Positions 31,011-40,333 of a stretch of 64,000 bases of DNA are shown here, one piece after another. Source of the DNA: an uncultured Fusobacterium sp. (lineage in GTDB: Bacteria; Fusobacteriota; Fusobacteriia; Fusobacteriales; Fusobacteriaceae). The translations under genes and the position numbers were made by a program. How positions within the stretch are numbered: position 1 is the first letter of the stretch; each line of letters opens with the position of its first letter. The stretch is from assembly GCA_963537515.1 (NCBI GenBank), contig CAUTEN010000002.1, forward strand, positions 314-64,313. The letters are read 5' to 3'. The notes beneath the pieces are model-generated. The model saw only the letters and a list, made by a program, of their open reading frames with translations, was not told the DNA's origin and did no database searches.

Positions 31011-31508
31011 ATGAGAGGATTAGAAGAAATATATTTAAAAGGATTTAGTTATGATAAATATTTAGGAATAGCAAGTAAAGAAGAATTAGAAAAATTAGAT
31101 GAACTATATAAAAATATAGTTATCTCTGACAAATTTGTTAATAAAATAAAGTCAATAAATAAAAAAGTTTCTGTTTTAGCCAGTGTTGAAACTTGGTGCC
31201 CTTTTGCAAGAGTATTTTTAACTACATTAAGAAAAGTAAATGAAATAAATCATATCTTTGATTTATCTTTAATTACTTATGGTAGAGGTGTTTCTGAACT
31301 AGCAGGATACTTAAAAATAGATGAAGATGATTTTGTTGTTCCAACAGCAGTATTTTTAGATGAAAGCTTTTCTAAATTAAGAGTATTTAATGGTTTTCCA
31401 GAAAAATACCATAAAGAAAATACACTAGATACTATTGATGGAACTAGAAATTATTTAAAGGGTAAATCAGTAAATGACATACTTGAAGATATATTAAAAG
31501 TTTTTTAA
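31011..31508 (+). CDS. thioredoxin-fold protein with single Cys (WCPFA)
   Basis: ETWCPF and VPT cis-Pro loop typical of the Thioredoxin_9-like family. Confidence 0.7.
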   Translation: MRGLEEIYLKGFSYDKYLGIASKEELEKLDELYKNIVISDKFVNKIKSINKKVSVLASVETWCPFARVFLTTLRKVNEINHIFDLSLITYGRGVSELAGYLKIDEDDFVVPTAVFLDESFSKLRVFNGFPEKYHKENTLDTIDGTRNYLKGKSVNDILEDILKVF

Positions 31509-31534
31509 TAAAATTAGAGAGAGGTTGAGAGGGA

Positions 31535-32761
31535 ATGGATACACTAAAAGAATTCTTTAAAATTGGAGCAGGTCCATCAAGTTCACATACAATAGGACCT
31601 GAAAGAGCAACAAAAAGAGTGAAAGAGAAATTTCCTGATGCTGATAGTTATATAGTTGAGCTTTGGGGAAGTTTAGCTGCTACTGGAAAAGGGCACTATA
31701 CAGATAAAATAATTATAGAAACTTTTAAACCTATTCCAGTTGAAATAATTTGGAAACCTGAATTCGTCCATGAATTACATACTAATGGAATGAAATTTAT
31801 TGCCCTTGATAAAGATAAAAATCAAATTGGAGAATGGATAGTATTTTCAGTTGGTGGAGGAACTATAAGGGATTATGATGAACTTATGGATAAATCACCT
31901 AAAAAAGAAGTTTATCCTTTAAACTCTATAAAAGAAATTATTAAATGGTGTAAAGATAATAATAAACATTTATGGCAATATGTTGAAGAATGTGAAGGGC
32001 CATCTATATGGCAACATTTAAGATTTATTGACCAAGCTATGGCTGATGCTGTAGAAAGAGGATTGAGACAAAATGGAGATGTTCCTGGACCATTTAAATA
32101 TCCAAAAAGAGCTAGAGAAATGTATGAAAAAGCACTATCTAAAAGAGCTTCATTAGTATTTACAAATAAAATTTTTGCTTATGCCTTAGCAGTATCAGAA
32201 GAAAATGCTAGTATGGGACAAGTTGTAACTGCACCTACTTGTGGAGCTTCAGGAGTTGTTCCTGGTGTTTTAAGAGCAATGAAAGAAGAATATGAACTAG
32301 TTGAAAAACATATTTTAAGAGGTTTAGCTATTGCAGGACTGATTGGAAACTTAGTTAAATACAATGCAACTATTTCAGGAGCTGAAGGAGGTTGTCAAGC
32401 TGAAGTTGGAACTGCTTGTTCAATGGCAGCTGCAATGGCAACATATTTTATGGGTGGAAATATAGACCAAATAGAATATGCAGCTGAAAGTGCAATGGAA
32501 CACCATTTAGGAATGACTTGTGACCCTGTTGGAGGCTATGTTATTATACCTTGTATAGAAAGAAATGCTATTTGTGCCGTAAGAGCCGTAAATACAGCAG
32601 TATATTGTATGTCTACTGATGGAAAACATACTATTAGTTTTGATGAAGTTGTAAAGACTATGAAAGAAACTGGAAAAGATATGTGTTCTGCATATAAAGA
32701 AACTTCTGATGGCGGACTTGCAAAATACTATGATAGAATTTTAGTAGATAATAAAGAGTAA
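31535..32761 (+). CDS. sdaA: Fe-S L-serine dehydratase, single chain
   Basis: GPSSSHT, GSLAATGKGH, TAPTCG, GCQAEVG, CDPVGG..PCIERN, YKETS. Confidence 0.93.
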   Translation: MDTLKEFFKIGAGPSSSHTIGPERATKRVKEKFPDADSYIVELWGSLAATGKGHYTDKIIIETFKPIPVEIIWKPEFVHELHTNGMKFIALDKDKNQIGEWIVFSVGGGTIRDYDELMDKSPKKEVYPLNSIKEIIKWCKDNNKHLWQYVEECEGPSIWQHLRFIDQAMADAVERGLRQNGDVPGPFKYPKRAREMYEKALSKRASLVFTNKIFAYALAVSEENASMGQVVTAPTCGASGVVPGVLRAMKEEYELVEKHILRGLAIAGLIGNLVKYNATISGAEGGCQAEVGTACSMAAAMATYFMGGNIDQIEYAAESAMEHHLGMTCDPVGGYVIIPCIERNAICAVRAVNTAVYCMSTDGKHTISFDEVVKTMKETGKDMCSAYKETSDGGLAKYYDRILVDNKE

Positions 32762-32837
32762 ATAAAATATTTAGATATTTTTTCAAGAGGAATAGAAGAT
32801 TTATAAAAATAAGTCAAATTTTTTAACTGATATAAAT

Positions 32838-32883
32838 TGAGCTACACCCAAAATCTTAAAGATAAGATTGAAAGTGTAGCTCT
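32838..32883. repeat. 46-bp nested palindrome, MITE/IS-end-like; probable bidirectional terminator
   Basis: GAGCTACAC / GTGTAGCTC outer arms and AATCTTA / TAAGATT inner arms between convergent genes. Confidence 0.7.
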
Positions 32884-32887
32884 TATT

Positions 32888-33649
32888 TTATATTTTATCA
32901 ACTTCAAAAACAGAGTTTAAAAGCAATTTTGTATAAGGATGAGTTGCCTTAGTCTTTAAATCAGTGGCATTTAATTCTTCAACAATTTCTCCCATATACA
33001 TCACAACTATTTTTTGACTAATATCTTGAACAACAGCTAAATCATGACCAATAAATAGATATGATAAATCTAAATCTTTTTGCAATTTTTTTAAAAGTTC
33101 CAATATTTGTTTTTGTACTGAAACATCTAATGCACTTGTAATTTCATCACAAACTATCAATTTAGGTTTTATTATTATTGCCCTTGCTATTGTGATTCTT
33201 TGTAACTGTCCTCCTGAAAACTCATGAGGGTATTTTTTTAAGGCATTTTCATCTAAGCCAACATCTATTAAAGATTTTTTTATAAGAGGAATGCTATCTT
33301 TTTTAGATAATTTAAAATAGTTTCTAAGAGGCTCCCACATATAATCTACAATCTTCATACGAGGATTAAAAGATGATAAAGGATTTTGGAATATCATTTG
33401 AATATCTTTTGTTTTTGAAATACCTTCTATTTCTTTATTATCAAAAATAATTTTACCTAATGTTTTCCTCTCTATTCCAACTATTATTCTAGCCAAAGTA
33501 GATTTTCCACAACCAGATTCTCCAACGATTCCTATACATTCACCTTTCTTTAATCTTATATTTATATTTTTAAGAGCTTGTAATTCTTTATTTTTATCAA
33601 CTTTAAATGTCTTTGAAATATTTTCTATAATTAATAAATCTTCTTTCAT
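32888..33649 (-). CDS. peptide/nickel ABC transporter ATP-binding protein (DppF/NikE-like)
   Basis: GESGCGKST, FSGGQLQR, CDEITSALD. Confidence 0.92.
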   Translation of the reverse strand: MKEDLLIIENISKTFKVDKNKELQALKNINIRLKKGECIGIVGESGCGKSTLARIIVGIERKTLGKIIFDNKEIEGISKTKDIQMIFQNPLSSFNPRMKIVDYMWEPLRNYFKLSKKDSIPLIKKSLIDVGLDENALKKYPHEFSGGQLQRITIARAIIIKPKLIVCDEITSALDVSVQKQILELLKKLQKDLDLSYLFIGHDLAVVQDISQKIVVMYMGEIVEELNATDLKTKATHPYTKLLLNSVFEVDKI

Positions 33650-33666
33650 AAGCTCTCCCTAGATTC

Positions 33667-34446
33667 CTATTTTAAATTTATAATAGCATTTAATAATGAT
33701 TTTGTGTATTCCTTTTGAGGCTTCTTAATAATCTGCTCTTTATCTCCAAATTCAATAATTTCTCCATTTTTCATAACAGCAATTTTATCTGATATATAGG
33801 AAGCTACTCCCATATTATGAGTAACCAAAATAATAGCAGTTTTAAAATTTTCTCTAATTCTTTTTAATTCTTTAATAACTTGTGCTTGCACAGTAACATC
33901 AAGAGCACTTGTTGGTTCATCAGCCAGTAATAATCGTGGGCTTTGTGCCATTGCCATAGCAATGGCAACCCTTTGTTTCATTCCACCTGAAAGTTCAAAA
34001 GGATAAGATTTTAAAACTCTATCCACATCAGTTAAATTAAGTTTTAACAAATATTCTTTTGCTAACTCAATAGCTTCTTTTTTTGACATATTATTATGTT
34101 CTAAGATATATTCAATAAACTGTTTTTCAATAGTTTTTATAGGATCCATTGTTGAATTAGGATCTTGAAATATCATTCCTATATCTTTTCCTCTAAGCTT
34201 ATTGAGTTCATTTTTTTTTAGATTAAGAATATCTTTCTCTAAGAAAAAGATATTCCCACTTTCTATTTCTCCACCCATTGGAAGAAGCTTAAGTATTGCT
34301 CTTATAAGAGTACTTTTTCCACTTCCACTTTCACCAACTATTGAAATAATTTGATTATCTTCCAATATAAAATTGACATTTTTAACAGCTTTTATAGAAT
34401 TTTTGTAATTAATATTCAAATCTTTAATTTCTAATAGTGGCTTCAT
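33667..34446 (-). CDS. peptide/nickel ABC transporter ATP-binding protein (DppD/NikD-like)
   Basis: [26 protein letters not shown]. Confidence 0.92.
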   Translation of the reverse strand: MKPLLEIKDLNINYKNSIKAVKNVNFILEDNQIISIVGESGSGKSTLIRAILKLLPMGGEIESGNIFFLEKDILNLKKNELNKLRGKDIGMIFQDPNSTMDPIKTIEKQFIEYILEHNNMSKKEAIELAKEYLLKLNLTDVDRVLKSYPFELSGGMKQRVAIAMAMAQSPRLLLADEPTSALDVTVQAQVIKELKRIRENFKTAIILVTHNMGVASYISDKIAVMKNGEIIEFGDKEQIIKKPQKEYTKSLLNAIINLK

Positions 34447-34458
34447 AAAATCACTTTC

Positions 34459-36024
34459 CTATTTATTAATTTTTGTATCAGCTTTTAAAAAATAATAATC
34501 TATTGGGAAATTACCCATATTTTCTACTTTATTATTAGATACATTTACATTTGCTTGACTTACTATATATGTTCCATATCCTTCATCTATTATTATTTGA
34601 CTAGCTTCTTTTGTTATTTTTTGACGTTCTTTTACATCAAATGTAGTAGCAAGTTTGTTAATTAAATCATCTAATTGTTGATTACTATATTTACCATAGT
34701 TTCCACTTCCATCAGTTTTGAAAGCATTGTCTAAGAACCATTGAGAATCTCCTGTTGAAACTGTTTGCCAGTTTTGGAATAAAAGATCAAATTCTCCATT
34801 CTTTTTAATTTCATCAAGATTTTCAGCTATTTTTATATTAGCCTTTATTCCTGCTGTCTTTAATTGAGATTCTAAAAGTTCTGCTACTGTTGAGTTAGCT
34901 CTTGTATTTCCACCAGCAGTTCCATAGATATTTAATTCAAGATTTTTACCATCTTTATCAACATAGCCATCATTATTTGTATCTTTATAGCCTGCTTCTG
35001 ATAAAAGAGCTTTAGTTTTTTCTAAATCAAAAGTTTGTTTATTAAGTTCATCATAACCATAAGGAGCACTAGCTGGGAATGGTGCTCTAGCTGGAACTGC
35101 TCCTCCACCAACAACTTTTGCAATAGTATCATAGTCTACTGCTGAATTGACAGCTAAACGAAGGTTTTTATCACTTAAAGAAGATTTTACAGTATTCATA
35201 ACTAAAAATTCTATACGAGTTCCCGTTGTTGATTTTACAATATAATCTTTATTATCAGTAAATAAAGCTATATCACCAGCTCTTATGCCTTGAGCCATAT
35301 CAACATCTCCTGATTGTAAAGAAAGAGCTCTTGTATTATCATCTTCTATATCAAATACAGTTATACTATCAAGTGCAGGTTTTCCTCCCCAATAATTTTC
35401 ATAAGCAACTGCTTCAAATGAAGTAGCTGGTTTAAATGAAGTTACCATATATGGTCCTGTACAAATAGGAGTTTCTTTAAATTTAGAAGTATCAGCACTT
35501 GTGTCAACTATTATGAACATAGGGTCAGATATATTTGCTAAAAATGCACCATAAGGTTCTTTTGTTTTTATAATTATATATTCTCCATCTACATCTATAC
35601 TAGCTAATTTTAAAGCATCTTCTCCTCTTTCATTCATTTTTACAGTTCTTTCAATAGAAGATTTTACTGCTTCTGGAGTTAAAGGATTTCCATTTTGAAA
35701 AGTTACTCCTTGACGAATATGAAATTTCCAAGTTGTTTCATCAACATTTTCCCAAGAATCTGCTAATTGTCCAACTAATTGTAAGTTTTCATCAACAGTT
35801 ACTAATGTTTCTCCAACAGCAGCTCTTGTCAATGTCCAACCATCCCAGTCTAATGCTGGATCTAATGTTTCTCCAAACCAATAAAGAGCAATATTCATAT
35901 GTCCTCCATTAGTTTGTGTTTCTGTTGCAACCTCTTTTTCCTTTTCTTTTTCACCACCACAACTTGTTAAAATTATAACTGAAATAAGAGCCAAAAAAAT
36001 TCCTAATAATATTTTTTTCTTCAC
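34459..36024 (-). CDS. family 5 ABC substrate-binding lipoprotein (NikA/DppA/OppA-like)
   Basis: lipobox LTSC; LADSW..D.TTWKFHIRQGVTFQNG, PICTGPY, YWG. Confidence 0.92.
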   Translation of the reverse strand: MKKKILLGIFLALISVIILTSCGGEKEKEKEVATETQTNGGHMNIALYWFGETLDPALDWDGWTLTRAAVGETLVTVDENLQLVGQLADSWENVDETTWKFHIRQGVTFQNGNPLTPEAVKSSIERTVKMNERGEDALKLASIDVDGEYIIIKTKEPYGAFLANISDPMFIIVDTSADTSKFKETPICTGPYMVTSFKPATSFEAVAYENYWGGKPALDSITVFDIEDDNTRALSLQSGDVDMAQGIRAGDIALFTDNKDYIVKSTTGTRIEFLVMNTVKSSLSDKNLRLAVNSAVDYDTIAKVVGGGAVPARAPFPASAPYGYDELNKQTFDLEKTKALLSEAGYKDTNNDGYVDKDGKNLELNIYGTAGGNTRANSTVAELLESQLKTAGIKANIKIAENLDEIKKNGEFDLLFQNWQTVSTGDSQWFLDNAFKTDGSGNYGKYSNQQLDDLINKLATTFDVKERQKITKEASQIIIDEGYGTYIVSQANVNVSNNKVENMGNFPIDYYFLKADTKINK

Positions 36025-36060
36025 AATTTCCTCCTGTATATAAAATTAAAATTATAAAAA

Positions 36061-36873
36061 TTACTCTTTGGGATCAAGAATATCTCTAAAACTATCCCCA
36101 AGTAAATTAAAAACAATTACACAAATAAATATAGCTATTCCAGGAAAAAATAGTATCCAAGGAGCTGTTTGAATATATTTTTTACCTTCACTTAACATCA
36201 GTCCCCATTCTGCTGTTGGAGGTTGTACTCCTATTCCTAAAAGAGATAAACTTGATAAAGTTAAAAGATTATTTGCAATATCCTGTGTTGTTAAAACAAT
36301 TAAATAAGGTAAGACATTAGGTGCTAAATATTTATACATAATTCTAAAATTACTAGCTCCACTTAATTTAGCTTGATTTATAAAATCATTATTCTTTAGT
36401 GATATTACCATAGCTCTTGTAACTCTTGCATAGTTGGTCCAGCTAATTAAGGTCATAGCTAAAATTAAATTTTTTAAGCCTCCACCAAAAATTGTTACCA
36501 CTGCTATTACAAAAACTATATATGGAAAAGACATTATCAAGTCAACAACTCTCATAATAATAACATCAACTATTCCTCCTAAATAACCAGATATAAGTCC
36601 TATTGTAATACCTATAAAAGCAACTAAAAAAGTTACCAACAAGGCAATTAGTAAGGAATATCTGCCTCCATATAATATTCTTGATAAAATATCTCTACCT
36701 ACATAATCTGTTCCCAATAAGTAAGTAGAATTAGGAGCTTGAGATATAGCATCATAATTTTGATAATCAGGATTATAAGGTGCTAAATAATTTGCAAAAA
36801 CTGTAATTAGAATTATAATAATAGCCAATGTTAAAATTATAGAAAATTTATAGTCAATTTTTTTATTTTTCAT
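36061..36873 (-). CDS. peptide/nickel ABC permease (DppC/NikC-like)
   Basis: LGTDYVGRDILSR, EAA-like loop, PPTAEWG. Confidence 0.92.
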   Translation of the reverse strand: MKNKKIDYKFSIILTLAIIIILITVFANYLAPYNPDYQNYDAISQAPNSTYLLGTDYVGRDILSRILYGGRYSLLIALLVTFLVAFIGITIGLISGYLGGIVDVIIMRVVDLIMSFPYIVFVIAVVTIFGGGLKNLILAMTLISWTNYARVTRAMVISLKNNDFINQAKLSGASNFRIMYKYLAPNVLPYLIVLTTQDIANNLLTLSSLSLLGIGVQPPTAEWGLMLSEGKKYIQTAPWILFFPGIAIFICVIVFNLLGDSFRDILDPKE

Positions 36874-37811
36874 TAGCTCTCATCTCCTATTTGAATTTTA
36901 GGATTAAGGTATTTATAGAGAATATCTACAAGAAGATTTATTACAACATAGATTATAGCCGTCCATATCACATAGCCTTGCATTAAAAAATAATCTCTAT
37001 TAGTTATAGCATCTGCTGCCATTTTTCCAAGTCCACGATATTCAAATATTGTTTCAATTATTGTTGTTCCACCTAATATAGAGCCTATTGACATTCCAAA
37101 CATAGTAACTATTGTTAATAAGGAATTTGGCAATATATGAAAGAACATTATTTTTGAATATGAAATTCCCTTTGATTTTAAGGCAACAACATAGTCTTTA
37201 TTTATTTCTTCAAGTATACAAGCTCTTATTCTTCTTATGTAGACTGCAACTAGCCATACAGAAAGTGTTATTGATGGAAGAATAAGACTTTTTATCCCCT
37301 TACTTCCAATAATAGGTAAAAGTTTAAATTTTACTGAAAAGAAATACATTAACATCAATCCTAACCAAAAACTGGGTATTGAAATTCCAGTAAATGAAAA
37401 AAATCTTATAAGGTAATCTATCCACTTATTTTTATATTGAGCTGATATTATCCCAAGAGGAAAGGCTAATAAAATTGTTATAAGAATAGTTGTTCCAGTT
37501 AGTACTAATGTTTTAGGAAGTCTTTTGGCTATTTCATCTTTTACTGGTACATTGTATTTAGTAGATATTCCAAAATCACCCGATAGAACATTTTTACTCC
37601 ATCTCATATATTGTTTTATAAAACTATCATTTAAACCCATTTCTTCTTTTTTTTCTTCAATATATTTTGAATCTCCAACAGTAGCCATTGATGTGTATTT
37701 CATTGATATTGGATCTGATGGAGCTAGATATAACATTAGAAATGTCAGGAAAGTTACTCCAACTAATATAGGAATTAAGTACAACAATCTCTTTATTATA
37801 TATTTTATCAA
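36873..37811 (-). CDS. peptide/nickel ABC permease (DppB/NikB-like)
   Basis: GDFGIS, SIPSFWLG, IETIF..GLG, RDY; TTG start. Confidence 0.92.
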   Translation of the reverse strand: MIKYIIKRLLYLIPILVGVTFLTFLMLYLAPSDPISMKYTSMATVGDSKYIEEKKEEMGLNDSFIKQYMRWSKNVLSGDFGISTKYNVPVKDEIAKRLPKTLVLTGTTILITILLAFPLGIISAQYKNKWIDYLIRFFSFTGISIPSFWLGLMLMYFFSVKFKLLPIIGSKGIKSLILPSITLSVWLVAVYIRRIRACILEEINKDYVVALKSKGISYSKIMFFHILPNSLLTIVTMFGMSIGSILGGTTIIETIFEYRGLGKMAADAITNRDYFLMQGYVIWTAIIYVVINLLVDILYKYLNPKIQIGDES

Positions 37812-37842
37812 AGTATCACCTTCCTCTTTTATTTTTATTTGC

Positions 37843-37882
37843 TTAATATTGTAATATTAACATAAAATAGACTTTTCTTCAA
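37843..37882 (-). promoter_or_regulatory. putative promoter of ABC operon overlapped by palindrome TTAATATT-GT-AATATTAA
   Basis: minus strand TTGAAG-17 bp-TAATAT with extended TG; palindrome 37843-37860 covers the -10 and start site. Confidence 0.45.
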
Positions 37883-37986
37883 TATATTTTAAAATTGTAT
37901 TTTAAGTAAATATAAAAAATATTTGAAATTATGACTAAATAGATGTATTATAAAAAGGTAAAATAAAATTAGAAAGAGAAAATGAA

Positions 37987-38532
37987 ATGAAAATTATTTA
38001 TAAGATAATATTATTTTTGATTATTAGTATATATAGTTATTCTCATCCTCATGTTTTTTTTGATACAAGTATAGAAGTGAAGGCAGAAAATCAAAAACTT
38101 GAAGGAATAGAATTACAATTAAATTTAGATGAATTGAATACAAGATTAAATAAGAAAATCTTAAAACCTGATAAAGAAATGAATGTTGAACAAGAAAATA
38201 TCGTATTTTTAAAACATTTGTTTAAACATATAAGGGTTAAATATAATAATAAAACTTACAAGGAAGATGATATAATTTTTGAACAAGCAAAATTAGTGGA
38301 TGATAGTTTAGAAATATATTTTTTTGTTCCTATTGATGAAAAAATAACAAAAAATTCTAAATTAAAAATAGCTTTATATGATACAAAATATTACTATAAC
38401 TATGATTATGAGAAATCATCATTAAAAATAGACAAGAATGTAAAATCTAAAGTGAATTTTTTTACAAATGATAAGATAAAATTTTATTTTAATTTGGTAA
38501 GTCCAGAGGAATATGAGGTGACATTTGAATGA
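37987..38532 (+). CDS. DUF1007-family exported protein (metal-transport associated)
   Basis: signal peptide followed by HPHVF, and YDTKYY; upstream of an RcnA-like transporter, the usual context. Confidence 0.8.
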   Translation: MKIIYKIILFLIISIYSYSHPHVFFDTSIEVKAENQKLEGIELQLNLDELNTRLNKKILKPDKEMNVEQENIVFLKHLFKHIRVKYNNKTYKEDDIIFEQAKLVDDSLEIYFFVPIDEKITKNSKLKIALYDTKYYYNYDYEKSSLKIDKNVKSKVNFFTNDKIKFYFNLVSPEEYEVTFE

Positions 38533-38633
38533 AAGATATAATGGGAATAATACTTAAAGTAGTTGGAGTATTTTTATTAGCTTTTTTTGGAACTTTTATT
38601 ATTATGAAATTGATTTTAATGATAAAATCATAA
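38529..38633 (+). CDS. small hydrophobic peptide, 34 aa (MKDIMGIILKVVGVFLLAFFGTFIIMKLILMIKS)
   Basis: ATGA overlap with the DUF1007 stop, GAGGTG RBS upstream, single TM-like stretch; manual translation. Confidence 0.6.
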   Translation: MKDIMGIILKVVGVFLLAFFGTFIIMKLILMIKS

Positions 38634-38653
38634 GTTAAAGAGGTAAGTCTTAA

Positions 38654-38794
38654 ATGAAAAGGATTATCGAAATTATAAAAATAATTTTTAAAGTTATAAA
38701 GGAAATTACTCGAATTATAATAATATTAGCTAGTATTTTGGTGGCTACTTATTTAGTTATGTTAATACCATGCTTATTTATACCAGCATTTTAA
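38654..38794 (+). CDS. small hydrophobic peptide, 46 aa (MKRIIEIIKIIFKVIKEITRIIIILASILVATYLVMLIPCLFIPAF)
   Basis: AGAGGT RBS 9 nt upstream; amphipathic N-terminus plus TM segment; manual translation. Confidence 0.6.
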   Translation: MKRIIEIIKIIFKVIKEITRIIIILASILVATYLVMLIPCLFIPAF

Positions 38795-38819
38795 ATTTTT
38801 AGATGAGAGGTACATTTTG

Positions 38820-39611
38820 ATGAAAAAGGTTATTAAATATTTAATTGGAATTATTGCTATTGCATTAATTTATTTATTAATTTCAAATTTTAATTTAATC
38901 ATGTATAAAATAGCAATATATCAACAAGAAATAGTTGAAAAAATAAGTGAATTAATAGAAAAAGAAAATGAAAAAATTATTTATACAATGTTATTCTTTA
39001 CTTTCTTATATGGAATAGTCCATTCTTTTGGACCAGGGCATGGTAAAACTTTAGTTTTAACATATTCAGTAAAAGAAAAATTGAATTTTCCTAAGTTACT
39101 TTTAGTATCTTTTTTAATAGCATATTTACAAGGTTTATCAGCTTATATATTGGTAAAATTCATTATAAATTTATCAGATAAAGCTTCTATGATGCTATTC
39201 TATGATTTAGATAATAGAACTAGATTAGTTGCTTCTATTTTGATTATCTTAATTGGTTTATATAATATTTATTCAGTTTTAAGAAATAAAAGTTGTGAAC
39301 ATTGCCATGAAACAAAGGTAAAAAATATATTAGGTTTTTCTATTGTTTTAGGACTTTGTCCTTGTCCTGGTGTAATGACTGTACTTTTATTTTTAGAAAG
39401 TTTTGGACTTAGTGAAAATTTATTTTTATTTACTTTATCTATGTCAACAGGAATATTTTTAGTGATATTGTTCTTTGGAATTTTAGCTAATACTTTTAAA
39501 AAGAGTTTAGTTGAAGAGGAAAATTTTAAATTACATAAAATTTTAGCTTTAATTGGAGCTAGTCTTATGATTTTATTTGGTATATTTCAAATATTGATTT
39601 TGGGGGAATAA
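38820..39611 (+). CDS. nickel/cobalt transporter (RcnA/YebN-like NiCoT group)
   Basis: HSFGPGHGK, CEHCHE loop, GLCPCPG motifs; multi-TM. Confidence 0.82.
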   Translation: MKKVIKYLIGIIAIALIYLLISNFNLIMYKIAIYQQEIVEKISELIEKENEKIIYTMLFFTFLYGIVHSFGPGHGKTLVLTYSVKEKLNFPKLLLVSFLIAYLQGLSAYILVKFIINLSDKASMMLFYDLDNRTRLVASILIILIGLYNIYSVLRNKSCEHCHETKVKNILGFSIVLGLCPCPGVMTVLLFLESFGLSENLFLFTLSMSTGIFLVILFFGILANTFKKSLVEEENFKLHKILALIGASLMILFGIFQILILGE

Positions 39612-39612
39612 A

Positions 39613-40224
39613 ATGAAAAATTTATTTTTATGTTCGTATTTCATAGGAGTAAAAGATATATTTAAAGATTTTATGAATAATGATACAAAAGGAAAGAAAG
39701 TATTATTTATTCCAACTGCCAACATAGATGAAGAAACTAAATTTTTAATTGATGAAGCAAAAGAAGTATTTAAAAGTCTAGGAATGGAAGTAGAAGATTT
39801 AGAAATTTCAAAATTAGATGAAAAAACTATTAAAAATAAAATAGAAAAAGCTGATTATTTATATGTTGGTGGTGGAAATACATTCTATTTACTACAAGAA
39901 TTAAAAAGAAAAAATTTAATTGATTTTATAAAAAATAGAGTTAATTCAGGAATGATATATATTGGAGAATCAGCAGGAGCAATAATTACTTCCAAAGATA
40001 TAGAATATAATGATTTAATGGATGATAAAACTATTACAAAGGATTTAAAAGAATATTCGGGATTAAATTTAGCTGATTTCTATGTAGTTCCTCATTTAAA
40101 TGAATTTCCTTTTGAAGAAAGTGCAAAGCAAACAGTTGAAAAATATAAGGATAGTTTAAATATTATTGCAATAAATAATAGCCAAGCTATTATTGTAAAA
40201 GATGAAAAATTTGAAATTAAATAA
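39613..40224 (+). CDS. peptidase S51 (dipeptidase E-like, class I GATase fold)
   Basis: FIPTA, VGGGNTF, GESAGA nucleophile, VPH. Confidence 0.88.
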   Translation: MKNLFLCSYFIGVKDIFKDFMNNDTKGKKVLFIPTANIDEETKFLIDEAKEVFKSLGMEVEDLEISKLDEKTIKNKIEKADYLYVGGGNTFYLLQELKRKNLIDFIKNRVNSGMIYIGESAGAIITSKDIEYNDLMDDKTITKDLKEYSGLNLADFYVVPHLNEFPFEESAKQTVEKYKDSLNIIAINNSQAIIVKDEKFEIK

Positions 40225-40234
40225 GCAATATTTA

Positions 40235-40263
40235 TTGACAAACTTAAATTTTTATGATAATAT
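40235..40263 (+). promoter_or_regulatory. sigma70 promoter of rplU operon
   Basis: TTGACA (40235-40240), 17 bp, TG-n-TAATAT (40258-40263). Confidence 0.75.
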
Positions 40264-40269
40264 AAATAG

Positions 40270-40330
40270 GATTAACGCATAATAAAGGTGTTCAGCAACC
40301 TTATATTAGCGAATTACATATGGAGGTGTT
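40270..40330 (+). ncRNA. L21 ribosomal protein leader-like cis-regulatory hairpin
   Basis: CGC-ATAATAAAGGT-GTTCAGCA-ACCTTATATTA-GCG stem (40276-40311) directly 5' of the GGAGGTG RBS of rplU. Confidence 0.6.
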
Positions 40331-40333
40331 AAT

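Noticed and set aside
19215..32364. Short opposite-strand ORFs within MATE, addB, cysteine lyase, uvrA and sdaA
   Set aside because: Fully nested antisense to well-supported genes
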